Origin: Gemmatimonadaceae bacterium
GTDB taxonomy: Bacteria; Gemmatimonadota; Gemmatimonadetes; Gemmatimonadales; Gemmatimonadaceae
NCBI GenBank assembly: GCA_033763905.1
Contig: JANRJP010000037.1
Location: 32,001 to 96,000, forward strand
Direction: 5' to 3'
DNA: 64,000 nucleotides
Shown here: piece by piece, positions 26,541 through 36,349 of the stretch
How the letters are laid out: the number at the start of each line of letters is the position of its first letter
Numbering within the stretch: the stretch's first letter is position 1
Made by a program: the position numbers and the translations under genes
Notes under the pieces: model-generated
What the model saw: only the letters and a program-made list of their open reading frames with translations
Database searches by the model: none
Told to the model about the DNA's origin: nothing

Positions 26541-27482
26541 GTGGATATCGTTCTTCTGTGTCCGGGCCAGGGCTCGCAGAAGCCCGGCATGGCGAAGGAT
26601 CTCGTTGCCGCCTTTCCCGCCGCCGCCGACGTGGTGCAGCGCGTCGATGCCACGCTTGGCTTCGCCCTGTCGGCGCTGATGTTCGAGGGGCCGGAAGCGG
26701 AACTGACGAAGACGCTGAACGCGCAGCCGGCCTTGCTCACGCATTCGGCGGCGGTCTGGTCGGTGATCGGGCCGACCGTGGCGCCGCACGTGAAGGCGGC
26801 GGCCGGGCATTCGCTGGGCGAGTTCACAGCCTACCACCTGACCGGCGCGCTCGGGCTCGAAGCCGCCGCCACGCTCGTGCGTCGGCGCGGCGAGTTGATG
26901 TACGACGCGGGCAACGCGCGCGCCGGCGCGATGGCCGCCATTCTCGGCGACCTGCACGAGCCGATCGAAGTCATCTGCGAAAAGGCCACGGCGGCCGCGG
27001 GATTGGTGGTGCCGGCGAACTACAACTCGCCCGGCCAGATCGTGATCTCGGGCGAAGTGGCCGGCGTTGACCTGGCGATGACGCTCGCCAAGGACGCGGG
27101 CGCGAAGCGGGCGATCAAGCTCAATGTGAGCGGCGCGTTCCATTCGCCGTTGATGGAGCCCGCCCTGGACGGGCTGCGCAGTGCCCTCGCGGCGGCCGCC
27201 ATTCAGGACGCGCGGGTGCCCGTGGTGTCGAACGTCAACGCGACGCCGACCCGCTGGCAGCCGAGCATTCTGCACCTGCTCCTGCGCCAGCTGATGATGC
27301 CGGTGCGGTGGACCGATGTGGTGGCGCGGCTGGCCGCGATGCATCCCGACGCGCTGTTCGTCGAGATCGGCACCGGCAGCGTGCTGTCCGGGTTGGTCCG
27401 AAAGATTGCGCCGGCGGTGAAGACCGCCACGTGCGGCACGCCGGCGGAGGTGGACTCCTTGCTTGCGCAGGTGAACGGATGA
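26541..27482 (+). CDS. fabD: malonyl-CoA-ACP transacylase
   Basis: PGQGSQ, GHSLGE, VSGAFHS. Confidence 0.97.
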   Translation: MDIVLLCPGQGSQKPGMAKDLVAAFPAAADVVQRVDATLGFALSALMFEGPEAELTKTLNAQPALLTHSAAVWSVIGPTVAPHVKAAAGHSLGEFTAYHLTGALGLEAAATLVRRRGELMYDAGNARAGAMAAILGDLHEPIEVICEKATAAAGLVVPANYNSPGQIVISGEVAGVDLAMTLAKDAGAKRAIKLNVSGAFHSPLMEPALDGLRSALAAAAIQDARVPVVSNVNATPTRWQPSILHLLLRQLMMPVRWTDVVARLAAMHPDALFVEIGTGSVLSGLVRKIAPAVKTATCGTPAEVDSLLAQVNG

Positions 27483-28219
27483 TCGGCATTGATCTCACGG
27501 GACGCACCGCGCTCGTGACGGGTTCCACGCGCGGGATCGGTCGCGGCATCGCCGAGATGCTCGCCGCCGCCGGCGCACGGGTGGCCGTCGTCGGTCGCGA
27601 TCTGGCCAAGGCGGAACAGGCCGCCGCCGAGATCGGGCACGGCGCGCACGGCTTCGCCTGTGATGTGGGCGATCCCGCGCAGGTCGTGGCGTTGATCGAG
27701 GGCGTCGAGAAGGCCTTTGGCCAGCTCGACATCCTGGTGAACAACGCCGGCCTGACCAAGGACAACCTGCTGATGCGCATCAAGGATGATGACTGGGATC
27801 AGGTCATCGACGCGAATCTCCGCGGGGCCTTCGTCGCGATGCGGGCCGCCACGCGCGGGATGATGAAGCGGCGATGGGGACGCGTGATCAACATCGCGTC
27901 AGTCGTCGGCCTCACCGGCAACAAGGGACAGGCCAATTACGCGGCGTCCAAGGCGGGCCTGATCGGCCTCACCAAGTCGGTGGCCAAGGAGCTCGCGTCG
28001 CGCAACGTGTTGTGCAACGTCGTCGCGCCGGGCTTGATCGGCACGGATATGATCGCCGCGATGACGGACGAAGCCCGCGGGGCGATGGCCGCCGCGATTC
28101 CGCTGGAACGCGTCGGCACCCCAGCGGATATCGCTGGTGCGGTCGCCTTCCTGTGCTCCGACCTTGCCACGTACATTACGGGTCAGGTGCTCGTGGTGGA
28201 CGGCGGGATGGTGATGTAG
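27479..28219 (+). CDS. fabG: 3-oxoacyl-ACP reductase
   Basis: VTGSTRGIG, NNAG, GQANYAASKAG. Confidence 0.97.
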   Translation: MIGIDLTGRTALVTGSTRGIGRGIAEMLAAAGARVAVVGRDLAKAEQAAAEIGHGAHGFACDVGDPAQVVALIEGVEKAFGQLDILVNNAGLTKDNLLMRIKDDDWDQVIDANLRGAFVAMRAATRGMMKRRWGRVINIASVVGLTGNKGQANYAASKAGLIGLTKSVAKELASRNVLCNVVAPGLIGTDMIAAMTDEARGAMAAAIPLERVGTPADIAGAVAFLCSDLATYITGQVLVVDGGMVM

Positions 28220-28303
28220 GGGTTTTGTAGGGCCGCCGCCCTAATTCGAGAGCGGCTGCAAGGGATTCACACGCAACACTGACCTCGGCTGAGGACGTTC
28301 GAG

Positions 28304-28543
28304 ATGGCGCATATCGAGAAGGTGAAGGACATCATCGAGAAGGAGCTCGGAGTCGAGCGCGAGAAGCTCACCAACGAGGCGAGCTTCATCGAAGACCTCG
28401 GCGCCGATTCGCTCGACATTGTCGAGCTCGTGATGGAGTTCGAGAAGGAGTTCGAGATCGACATCCCCGATGAAGATGCGGAGAAGCTCCGCACCGTCGG
28501 TGATGCGATCGGCTACCTCGAGCAGAAGGTCAGCGCGAAGTGA
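28304..28543 (+). CDS. acpP: acyl carrier protein
   Basis: [17 protein letters not shown] upstream. Confidence 0.98.
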   Translation: MAHIEKVKDIIEKELGVEREKLTNEASFIEDLGADSLDIVELVMEFEKEFEIDIPDEDAEKLRTVGDAIGYLEQKVSAK

Positions 28544-29784
28544 AGCGCCGCGTCGTAGTCACGGGCCTCGGCCTCGTGACTGCGGTCGGAAATGACGTGG
28601 ACAGCACCTGGCGTGCCATTCTCGATGGCACGTCGGGGGCGGGTCCGATCACGCGCTTCGATCCGTCCGCCCACAAGACGAAGTTCGCCTGTGAGGCCAA
28701 GGGCTTCGACGCGTCGTTGTATATGGACCGCAAGGAGATCAAGCGCTCCGATCTCTTCACCCAGTTCGCGCTCGCGGCCTCGGTGCAGGCGATGCAGATG
28801 GCCGGGTTTGGCGACGGCACCGGCTACGATGCCGAACGCTGCGGCGTCATCATCGGGTCGGGTATCGGCGGCATCCAGACCTTCGAAGACAATCAGGACA
28901 CCTGCCGCAGCCTCGGGCCGGGCAAGGTGTCGGCGTTCTTCGTGCCGATGTTCATCGCCGACATCGCCGCAGGCGTCGTCTCGATGCGTTTCGGCGCGAA
29001 GGGGCCCAACTACGCGACCGTGTCGGCCTGTGCGTCGAGTGCGCACGCGATTGGCGACGCGTTCCGTGCCATTGCGTACGGCGACGCCGACGTGATGATC
29101 GCGGGTGGCACCGAAGCGGCGATCAGCACGATGTCGGTGGCGGGCTTCGCGAATATGCAGGCGCTCTCGCAGAACAACGACGAGTACGCCACGGCGTCGC
29201 GCCCGTTCGACAAGCGGCGCGATGGCTTCGTCCTCGGCGAAGGGGCAGGGGTGGCGGTGCTCGAGCTGCTCGAGCACGCGCAGGCGCGCGGGGCCACGAT
29301 TCTGGGCGAAGTGCTGGGCTACGGCGCGACGGGTGACGCCTACCACCTCACCGGACAGCCCGAGAACCACGAAGGCCTGCAGCGGGCGATGCGGCGCGCG
29401 ATTCAGGACGCCGGACTCCGCCCGGAGGACGTCGACTACGTGAACGCGCACGGCACCTCGACGCCGCTCAACGACCCGAATGAGATCCGCGCCATCCGCG
29501 CCGTCTTCGGTGCGCACGCCGAGTCGATGAACGTCAGCTCGACCAAGTCGGCGACCGGACACACCTTGGGCGCGGCCGGCGGCATCGAGTTCGCGCTGAC
29601 GACGCTGGCGCTGCGTGACCAGATCGTGCCGCCGACGATCAATTGCACCGAGCAGGACCCCGAGTGCGACTTGAACGTCACGCCGTTGACGCCGCAGCGT
29701 CGCGCGATGCGGGCCGCCATCAGCAACAGCTCGGGGTTCGGCGGGCACAACGCCACGATCCTCGTCAGCCGCTGGAATGGCTGA
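28540..29784 (+). CDS. fabF: beta-ketoacyl-ACP synthase II
   Basis: [30 protein letters not shown]. Confidence 0.97.
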   Translation: MKRRVVVTGLGLVTAVGNDVDSTWRAILDGTSGAGPITRFDPSAHKTKFACEAKGFDASLYMDRKEIKRSDLFTQFALAASVQAMQMAGFGDGTGYDAERCGVIIGSGIGGIQTFEDNQDTCRSLGPGKVSAFFVPMFIADIAAGVVSMRFGAKGPNYATVSACASSAHAIGDAFRAIAYGDADVMIAGGTEAAISTMSVAGFANMQALSQNNDEYATASRPFDKRRDGFVLGEGAGVAVLELLEHAQARGATILGEVLGYGATGDAYHLTGQPENHEGLQRAMRRAIQDAGLRPEDVDYVNAHGTSTPLNDPNEIRAIRAVFGAHAESMNVSSTKSATGHTLGAAGGIEFALTTLALRDQIVPPTINCTEQDPECDLNVTPLTPQRRAMRAAISNSSGFGGHNATILVSRWNG

Positions 29785-30550
29785 GACGCCGGCGGGGCCG
29801 TCCAACCAGGCGGCCCCGTATTCGTCTGCGATCTACGACGCGTGGGGCGACGCGTCGGCCCGCTCGGCTCGCGCCGTGCTCGGCGTCCTCTGGGACTTCT
29901 ATCGGCCCGCCAGCGTGGTGGATGTCGGCTGCGGCATCGGCACGTGGCTGGCCGCAGCGGAGACGCTTGGCGCGCGCACGCTGACCGGCCTTGATGGGCC
30001 GTGGGTGAATCGCGCGCAGCTCCGCAGCGCGGCGATCACGTTCACCCCCGTGGATTTCGAGGCCGAGATTCCAGACGTCGGTCGACACGATCTGGCGATG
30101 TCGGTGGAGGTCGCGGAGCACGTGTCGGAGCGCCGCGCGGATGCCTTCGTTGCCGGACTGACCCGACTGAGCGATGTCGTGGTGTTCGGGGCCGCCATTC
30201 CCGATCAGGGCGGGGTCTCGCACGTCAACGAGCGCTGGCCCAGTTGGTGGGCGGCGAAGTTTGCGGACGCGGGGTTCGAACCGTTCGACGTGCTGCGCGC
30301 TGCCGTGTGGCAGGATCCCGGCGTCGAGTGGTGGTACCGGCAGAACATTCTTCTCTATGTCCGTCGCGGCGCGACGGGGATCGATCGTGACGCGTTGAAG
30401 GCGCGCGAACGGTCGGCGCTCGATCTGGTGCACCCGGCGCTGTACGAAGCCAAGGTCGCCGAAATCCGCCGGGTCCACGAACGCCCCGACGGCCGCTTCC
30501 TGTGGCAGACGCTCCGGCGGTACCTCTTCCCCCCGAAGCGAACCCGATAG
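29777..30550 (+). CDS. class I SAM-dependent methyltransferase
   Basis: VVDVGCGIG motif I, SVEVAEH, QGG..HVNE; overlaps fabF stop by 8 bp. Confidence 0.88.
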   Translation: MAETPAGPSNQAAPYSSAIYDAWGDASARSARAVLGVLWDFYRPASVVDVGCGIGTWLAAAETLGARTLTGLDGPWVNRAQLRSAAITFTPVDFEAEIPDVGRHDLAMSVEVAEHVSERRADAFVAGLTRLSDVVVFGAAIPDQGGVSHVNERWPSWWAAKFADAGFEPFDVLRAAVWQDPGVEWWYRQNILLYVRRGATGIDRDALKARERSALDLVHPALYEAKVAEIRRVHERPDGRFLWQTLRRYLFPPKRTR

Positions 30551-30559
30551 CTTTCGGGT

Positions 30560-31765
30560 ATGCCCATTCCCGTTCCGGCCGTCCGAGCGCTGCGCCCGTC
30601 CGATCCTGCGCTGCTGCCGATCGCCGAGAAGGTCGCGTCCGGCATCCGACTGGATGCCGCGGACGCTCGACTGCTCTTCGAGACCAACGATCTGGTGACC
30701 GTCGGCCGTCTCGCCGATGCCGTCAATCGCGCCAAGCACGGCGACGTCGTCACGTTCGCCGCCAATCAGCACATCAATCCGACGAACGTCTGCGTCCTGC
30801 GGAAGACCTGCGTCTTCTGCGGCTACGCGCGTCTGCCCAAGGAAGACGGCGCATACCGCTACACGCTGGCGCAGGTACTCGACGAAGCGGCGCACGCCGC
30901 CGACGGGCTGACGAAGGAGTTTCACATCGTCGGCGGCCTCGATATGCAGGCCGGGCTCGAGTACTACACGACGATGTTCCGCGCGTTGAAGGCGAACTTC
31001 CCGCACGTGCACATCAAGGCGCTCACCGCGGTCGAGATCGCGCACATCGCGCGCATCGAGAAGCGCTCGTGGGCCGAGGTGCTGACGGCGCTGAAGGAGG
31101 CCGGCCTCGACACGATGCCTGGCGGAGGTGCCGAGACGTTCAGCGCGGCGGTCCGCACGCTGATTGCCGACAAGAAGCTGGGCGGCGCCGACTACATCGG
31201 GGTGCACCGCACCGCGCACGGGCTCGGCATCCGCTCGAACTGCACGATGCTCTACGGGCACGTCGAAACCGTGCAGGACCGGATTGAGCATTTTCAGATG
31301 CTGCGCGACCTGCAGGACGAGACCGGCGGCTTCCTGGCCTTCATCCCGCTGGCGTATCACCCTGACGACAACGAGCTCGGCGCACAGCTCAACCGAAAGG
31401 GCACGAGCACGGCCGGCACGCTCGACCTGCGGATGCTTGCGATCGGTCGGCTCTTCCTCGACAACTTCGAACACGTGAAGAGCCACTGGATCATGGTCAC
31501 CCAGCCGGTGAGCCAGATCGCGTTGCACTTCGGCGTGAACGATCTCGAAGGCACCGTCGTGCGCGAGAAGATCTACCACGCCGTCGGGGCCACCACGCCG
31601 CAGGCGATGTCGCTCGACCAGCTCCTGCGGCTGATTCGCGGGGCGGGGAAGGTGCCGGCCGAGCGTGACTCGTTCTACCGCGTGGTGCGGCGCTACGACG
31701 ACCCTGCGCAGGATCCGGTGGCGGGCCCGTCGCTCGGGGCACCGCCGGTCGGCGCCGGCGCCTGA
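30560..31765 (+). CDS. mqnE: aminofutalosine synthase MqnE (radical SAM)
   Basis: TNVCVLRKTCVFC, KALTAVEI, MPGGGAE, MLYGHVE, GTVVREKI; adjacent to mqnA and mqnC. Confidence 0.88.
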   Translation: MPIPVPAVRALRPSDPALLPIAEKVASGIRLDAADARLLFETNDLVTVGRLADAVNRAKHGDVVTFAANQHINPTNVCVLRKTCVFCGYARLPKEDGAYRYTLAQVLDEAAHAADGLTKEFHIVGGLDMQAGLEYYTTMFRALKANFPHVHIKALTAVEIAHIARIEKRSWAEVLTALKEAGLDTMPGGGAETFSAAVRTLIADKKLGGADYIGVHRTAHGLGIRSNCTMLYGHVETVQDRIEHFQMLRDLQDETGGFLAFIPLAYHPDDNELGAQLNRKGTSTAGTLDLRMLAIGRLFLDNFEHVKSHWIMVTQPVSQIALHFGVNDLEGTVVREKIYHAVGATTPQAMSLDQLLRLIRGAGKVPAERDSFYRVVRRYDDPAQDPVAGPSLGAPPVGAGA

Positions 31766-31799
31766 CGTGACGACCCGACCCGACGCCTCGACGACGCCA

Positions 31800-32648
31800 A
31801 TGCGCGTCGGTCGGATCCGCTACGTGAATGCGTATCCGGTGTACGGGGCAATCGATCGCGGCCTCGTGCCGTTCGCCGGCTCGCTGATCAGCGGCGTGCC
31901 GACCGAGCTCAACACGCAGATGGCGCAGGACCAGCTCGACATCTCGGTGGTCAGCGCGGTCGAGTACGCCCGCGACGCGAGCCGGTATCTGCTCCTGCCG
32001 GATCTGGGCATCACCAGCGACGGACCGGTGCGCAGCGTGATGCTGTACAGCCGCGTGCCCGCGAGCGAGCTCTCGGGGCGCCGGGTGCTGGTGAGCCGCA
32101 GCTCGATGACCAGCGTGGAACTGCTGCGCCTGCTCTTCGAGCAAGTCTGGCGCGCGACCCCGGAGTTCGTGCCCGCCGACGCCGAGGTGGCGGATGTCTC
32201 GCACTTTGGCGATGTGGCGCACGCGGCGCGATTGGTGATCGGCGACGCGGCCCTCCTGCTCAACGCGGCACGGCGCGGCGACGCCGTCGGTGATCACGCG
32301 CCGCACTACCCGTACGCGTACGATCTCGGCGCCGAGTGGAAGCAGTGGACGGGGCTGCCGTTCGTCTTCGCCGTGTGGGTGGCGCGTCGCGCCGTGCCGG
32401 TCGCCGACGCGCTGGCCGTGCACGCCTCACTGATCGCCTCGCGGGATTGGGGCGAGGCGCATCGGCGCGAACTGGCGCTCGACGCCGAGCGTTCCACGGG
32501 TGTGGACGCTGCCACCTGCCACGAGTACCTCACCGGACTCGAGTATCATCTGGGGTGGAAGCACCTCGCGGGGCTGTCCGAGTTCTTCCGTCGTCTTGCC
32601 GCTGCCGGCCGCGTGCCGGATGGTGGATTCGCCTTTCTGCCTGCTTGA
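31800..32648 (+). CDS. mqnA: chorismate dehydratase MqnA (alternative GTG start 31767)
   Basis: RVGRIRYVNAYP, GPVRSV, SMTS, LVIGDAAL, DLGAEW..WTGLPFVFAVW. Confidence 0.92.
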   Translation: MRVGRIRYVNAYPVYGAIDRGLVPFAGSLISGVPTELNTQMAQDQLDISVVSAVEYARDASRYLLLPDLGITSDGPVRSVMLYSRVPASELSGRRVLVSRSSMTSVELLRLLFEQVWRATPEFVPADAEVADVSHFGDVAHAARLVIGDAALLLNAARRGDAVGDHAPHYPYAYDLGAEWKQWTGLPFVFAVWVARRAVPVADALAVHASLIASRDWGEAHRRELALDAERSTGVDAATCHEYLTGLEYHLGWKHLAGLSEFFRRLAAAGRVPDGGFAFLPA

Positions 32649-32660
32649 CGGGTTCGTCCT

Positions 32661-33746
32661 ATGGTCGCGATTCCGAAGGATCTGATCGATCTGTACCGCA
32701 ACGCCCCGCTGATGGAGCTCGGCGCAATGGCCGACGCCGTGCGCCGCGAAAAGCATCCGGAGCAGGTGGTGACGTACATCGTCGATCGCAACATCAACTA
32801 CACCAACGTCTGCGTCGCGGACTGTGGCTTCTGTGCGTTCTACCGTCGGCCCAAGCACGGGGAAGGCTGGACGCTGTCGTACGAGCAGATCGGCGCGAAG
32901 ATCGACGAAGTAAAGGCGCTGGGGGGCGTGCAGATTCTCATCCAAGGGGGCCACAATCCCTACATCCCCTTTGAGTGGTACCTGGACCTGCTGCGCTACA
33001 TCAAGCAGCACCACCCGATCCACGTACACGGCTTCAGTCCGAGCGAGGTCGATTTCTGGGCCGACCTCTACCGGATGGACGCCGTCGAGGTGATTCGCGA
33101 ACTGGTGAAGGCGGGCCTGGACTCGATTCCGGGCGGCGGTGGCGAGATCCTCGTCCAGCGCGTCCGCGACAACGTCGCGAAGAAGAAGGCGGGCGCGGAT
33201 CGGTGGCTCGAGATCATGGAGCTCGCCCACGGCGAAGGCCTGCGCACCTCGTGCACGATGATGTACGGGATCGGTGAAACGCTCGAGGAGCGCATCGAGC
33301 ACCTGCTGCGCCTCAAGGATGTGCAGTCGCGCACCAAGGGCTTCACGGCGTTCATCTGCTGGCCGCTGCAGCCGGAGAACACGCCGACGATGTCGCATAT
33401 GCCCAAGACCGACTCGGTGGAGTATCTGCGCACCACCGCGTTTGCGCGCGTGGTGCTCGACAACATTCCCAACCTCCAGTCGAGCTGGGTGACGATGGGG
33501 ATGAAGGTCGGGCAGACGGCGTTGCACTTCGGCTGCAACGACTTCGGCTCGCTGATGCTCGAGGAGAACGTCGTATCGGCAGCGAACACCACCTACCGCA
33601 CGTCGATCGGCGAGATGGAGCGGCTGATTCGCGAGGCGGGCTTCACGCCGGCTCGGCGGCGGCAGGATTACTCGATCATCGCCGACACCGTCGGTGGCAC
33701 CGTCCCGATCGAGACGCCGTCGGCCCTCGCCGCGTCGGGCGACTGA
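32661..33746 (+). CDS. mqnC: cyclic dehypoxanthinyl futalosine synthase MqnC (radical SAM)
   Basis: VTYIVDRNINYTNVCVADCGFCAFYR, SIPGGGGEIL, QSSWVT, MLEENVV. Confidence 0.93.
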   Translation: MVAIPKDLIDLYRNAPLMELGAMADAVRREKHPEQVVTYIVDRNINYTNVCVADCGFCAFYRRPKHGEGWTLSYEQIGAKIDEVKALGGVQILIQGGHNPYIPFEWYLDLLRYIKQHHPIHVHGFSPSEVDFWADLYRMDAVEVIRELVKAGLDSIPGGGGEILVQRVRDNVAKKKAGADRWLEIMELAHGEGLRTSCTMMYGIGETLEERIEHLLRLKDVQSRTKGFTAFICWPLQPENTPTMSHMPKTDSVEYLRTTAFARVVLDNIPNLQSSWVTMGMKVGQTALHFGCNDFGSLMLEENVVSAANTTYRTSIGEMERLIREAGFTPARRRQDYSIIADTVGGTVPIETPSALAASGD

Positions 33747-33749
33747 GCC

Positions 33750-34235
33750 GTGCCGACGCGCACCGGGATCGGATACGACTCGCATCGGTTTGCCCCAGGC
33801 GGGCCGATGCGACTGGGCGGGGTGGATGTCCCCGCCGACGTGCATCTTGCCGGCCACTCCGACGGCGACGCCATCTGCCACGCCCTGACCGATGCCATAC
33901 TGGGCGGCGCCGGCCTCGGTGACATCGGCGAGATGTTTCCCGACACCGACCCGGTGAACAAGGGCAAGGATTCCGTCGTCATGCTGCGCGCGGCGCTCGA
34001 TCGCGTGACGCGCGCCGGATTCCGCTTGGTAAACGTGGATGTGACGGTGATCGCCGAACGGCCCAAGATCGGTCCGCAGCGCCCCGCGATCCGGGAGCGT
34101 CTCGCGTACGTGCTCGGCATCGACGCCTCCTGCATCTCGGTGAAGGGAAAGACCAACGAAGGGATGGGCTGGATCGGCCGCGGTGAGGGGCTGGCGGTGA
34201 TCGCCGTGGCCGCGTTGCACCAATCCTCGAGTTGA
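33750..34235 (+). CDS. ispF: 2-C-methyl-D-erythritol 2,4-cyclodiphosphate synthase
   Basis: GIGYDSH, GHSDGD, LGDIG..FP, KTNEG. Confidence 0.96.
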   Translation: MPTRTGIGYDSHRFAPGGPMRLGGVDVPADVHLAGHSDGDAICHALTDAILGGAGLGDIGEMFPDTDPVNKGKDSVVMLRAALDRVTRAGFRLVNVDVTVIAERPKIGPQRPAIRERLAYVLGIDASCISVKGKTNEGMGWIGRGEGLAVIAVAALHQSSS

Positions 34236-34248
34236 GCAGGCGTCGGCC

Positions 34249-34851
34249 GTGAACGAATGGCTGGGCTGGTTGCAGCAGTTGCCGCCGAGTGCGCTCTACA
34301 GCGTACTCGGCGCGCTGGCATTTACGGAGAATGTCTTCCCGCCAGCGCCCGCCGATACCATCATCGCGTTCGGCACCTTCCTCGCGGCGCGCGGGTCCGC
34401 GACGCTGGCGCTCTGCCTAGCGGCGGTGACGATCGGACATCTGATCGGCGCGGCGACCGTGTACGTGGTGGGACGCCGCTGGGGCGCCGCCAAGGCCAGA
34501 CAATGGATGGCCTCGCACGGCGAGGGGCGCGCCGATGCGCTGTTCGAGACCTGGTACGCGAAGTACGGCTTCTTCGCGTTGCTCGTCGGGCGCTTCATTC
34601 CCTTCGTCCGCGGCGTCGTGCCACTGGCGGCCGGCGCGATGGGCATCTCGTTCGTCGCCGTCCAAGTCGTGACGCTCCTCCACGCGGCGGTGTGGTACGG
34701 CCTCATCACGGTGCTGGCATACAAGGCGGGCGAGAACTTCCAGCTGTTGGTCACCCGAATGCAGCAGGGCGGGGCGACCCTGGGGCTCGTCGCGGCGGTC
34801 ATTGCCTGCACCGCCGCCGCGCTCTGGTGGTGGCGTCGGCGCCAGCGGTGA
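34249..34851 (+). CDS. DedA family membrane protein
   Basis: EN.FPPAP.D, KYG...GRFIPFVR...AG. Confidence 0.9.
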   Translation: MNEWLGWLQQLPPSALYSVLGALAFTENVFPPAPADTIIAFGTFLAARGSATLALCLAAVTIGHLIGAATVYVVGRRWGAAKARQWMASHGEGRADALFETWYAKYGFFALLVGRFIPFVRGVVPLAAGAMGISFVAVQVVTLLHAAVWYGLITVLAYKAGENFQLLVTRMQQGGATLGLVAAVIACTAAALWWWRRRQR

Positions 34852-35765
34852 GCGAGCCGGCGGCCGATCACAGCGCCCGCGCGTTCCTAGTGGAGCGCTT
34901 CGCGGACTTCCTGTCGCTCGAGCAAGGCAACTCGCCCCGCACGATCGACGCCTACCGTCGCGACATCGCGCGACTGGCCGTGTTCGCGAACGCGCGCGGG
35001 GCCACAGGTCCGGCGGGCATCACGCCGGGCGTGCTGCGCGACTTTATCTACCACCTGAAGGATCTCGGCCTGTCGCCGGCGAGCATTCGGCGGAATCTGT
35101 CGGCGATTCGCACGTGGTATCGCTTCCTGCTCGGCGAAGGCGTGGTGCGCACCGATCCGTCGGAGCGACTGGAGGCGCCGGCGAGATGGCGCACGCTGCC
35201 CGAAGTGCTGTCGACCGAGGACGTCACGCGGCTGCTGGCCGCGCCCACGCTCGACGATCCGATGTGCTTTCGCGACCGGGCGATGCTCGAACTGGGCTAC
35301 GGCGCCGGCCTGCGCGTCAGCGAGTGGATCACGCTGGCGGTGCGCGATGTGCTGCTCGAAGACCAGGTGGTCCGTGTGTTCGGCAAGGGCGGCAAGGAAC
35401 GGCTCGTCCCGATCGGCCGCCAGGCGATTGCCGCCGTGTCGGTGTACCTGCGCGAGCTGCGGCCAACCCTCGAGCGGGGCAGGGGACAGGGGGTGCTGCT
35501 GCTCAACGCGCGCGGCCAACCCCTGTCGCGCATGGGGGCGTGGAAGATTCTCCGGAAGCACGTGGACGCCGCCGGCCTGTCGACGGCGGTGTCGCCGCAT
35601 ACGCTGCGCCACAGTTTCGCCACGCACCTGCTCGAGGGCGGCGCGGATCTCCGCGCGGTGCAGGAGATGCTCGGTCACGCCGATATCGCGACGACGCAGA
35701 TCTACACGCACGTCGATCGGGAGTACCTCCGACAGGTTCACCGGCAGTATCATCCGAGAGGATGA
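34848..35765 (+). CDS. xerD: tyrosine recombinase XerD
   Basis: T..AYRRD, LPEVLS, RDRAMLE...GLRVSE, GKGGKERLVP, SPHTLRHSFATHLL.GGADLR.VQEMLGH, TTQIYTHV..HPR. Confidence 0.92.
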   Translation: MSEPAADHSARAFLVERFADFLSLEQGNSPRTIDAYRRDIARLAVFANARGATGPAGITPGVLRDFIYHLKDLGLSPASIRRNLSAIRTWYRFLLGEGVVRTDPSERLEAPARWRTLPEVLSTEDVTRLLAAPTLDDPMCFRDRAMLELGYGAGLRVSEWITLAVRDVLLEDQVVRVFGKGGKERLVPIGRQAIAAVSVYLRELRPTLERGRGQGVLLLNARGQPLSRMGAWKILRKHVDAAGLSTAVSPHTLRHSFATHLLEGGADLRAVQEMLGHADIATTQIYTHVDREYLRQVHRQYHPRG

Positions 35766-36349
35766 TTCTCGTACTCGACAATTACGACTCGTTCACGTTC
35801 AACCTGGTGCAGTACCTCGGCACCTTGGGCGCCGACCCGCACGTCGTGCGCAATGACGCCATCTCGGTGGACGACGTCGCCGCACTCGCGCCGCGGGCGA
35901 TCGTCCTGAGCCCCGGCCCCTGCGCGCCGGCGCAGGCCGGCATCACCGTGCCGGTGATTCGACGGTGGGGCGCGACGATTCCGATGCTCGGTGTGTGCCT
36001 CGGGCATCAGGCGATCGGCGAGGCCTACGGGGGACGCGTCGTGCGCGCGCCGCGGATGATGCACGGCAAGACCTCGCGGATCGTGCACGACGGCGCGGGA
36101 CTCTTTCGCGACGTGCCGCAGCCGATGACGGTGATGCGCTACCACTCGTTGATCGTCGAGCGCGAGTCCTTGCCCGCTGATCTCGAGGTGACCGGCACGG
36201 CAGAAGACGCGCCGGAGGAGATCCACGCCCTGCGGCACCGCACGCACCCGGTCTGGGGCGTGCAGTTCCACCCGGAGAGCATCCTCACCGATGGCGGGAT
36301 GCAGCTCCTCCGGAATTTTCTCGATCTCTCGGCGTCGTGGCCGCACTGA
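35762..36349 (+). CDS. anthranilate/aminodeoxychorismate synthase component II (glutamine amidotransferase, TrpG/PabA)
   Basis: DNYDSFTFNLVQY, SPGP, GVCLGHQ, RYHSL, QFHPES. Confidence 0.95.
   Translation: MILVLDNYDSFTFNLVQYLGTLGADPHVVRNDAISVDDVAALAPRAIVLSPGPCAPAQAGITVPVIRRWGATIPMLGVCLGHQAIGEAYGGRVVRAPRMMHGKTSRIVHDGAGLFRDVPQPMTVMRYHSLIVERESLPADLEVTGTAEDAPEEIHALRHRTHPVWGVQFHPESILTDGGMQLLRNFLDLSASWPH

Noticed and set aside
28220..28303. tRNA or ncRNA in the fabG-acpP spacer
   Set aside because: No cloverleaf or T-loop signature; likely promoter/leader only
30560..33746. Radical SAM pair as F420 (CofG/CofH) synthesis
   Set aside because: They flank mqnA and carry MqnE/MqnC-type motifs
34848..35765. 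Tyrosine recombinase as a prophage or integron integrase
   Set aside because: XerD-type signature, embedded in a housekeeping operon; no att sites, cassettes or phage genes nearby
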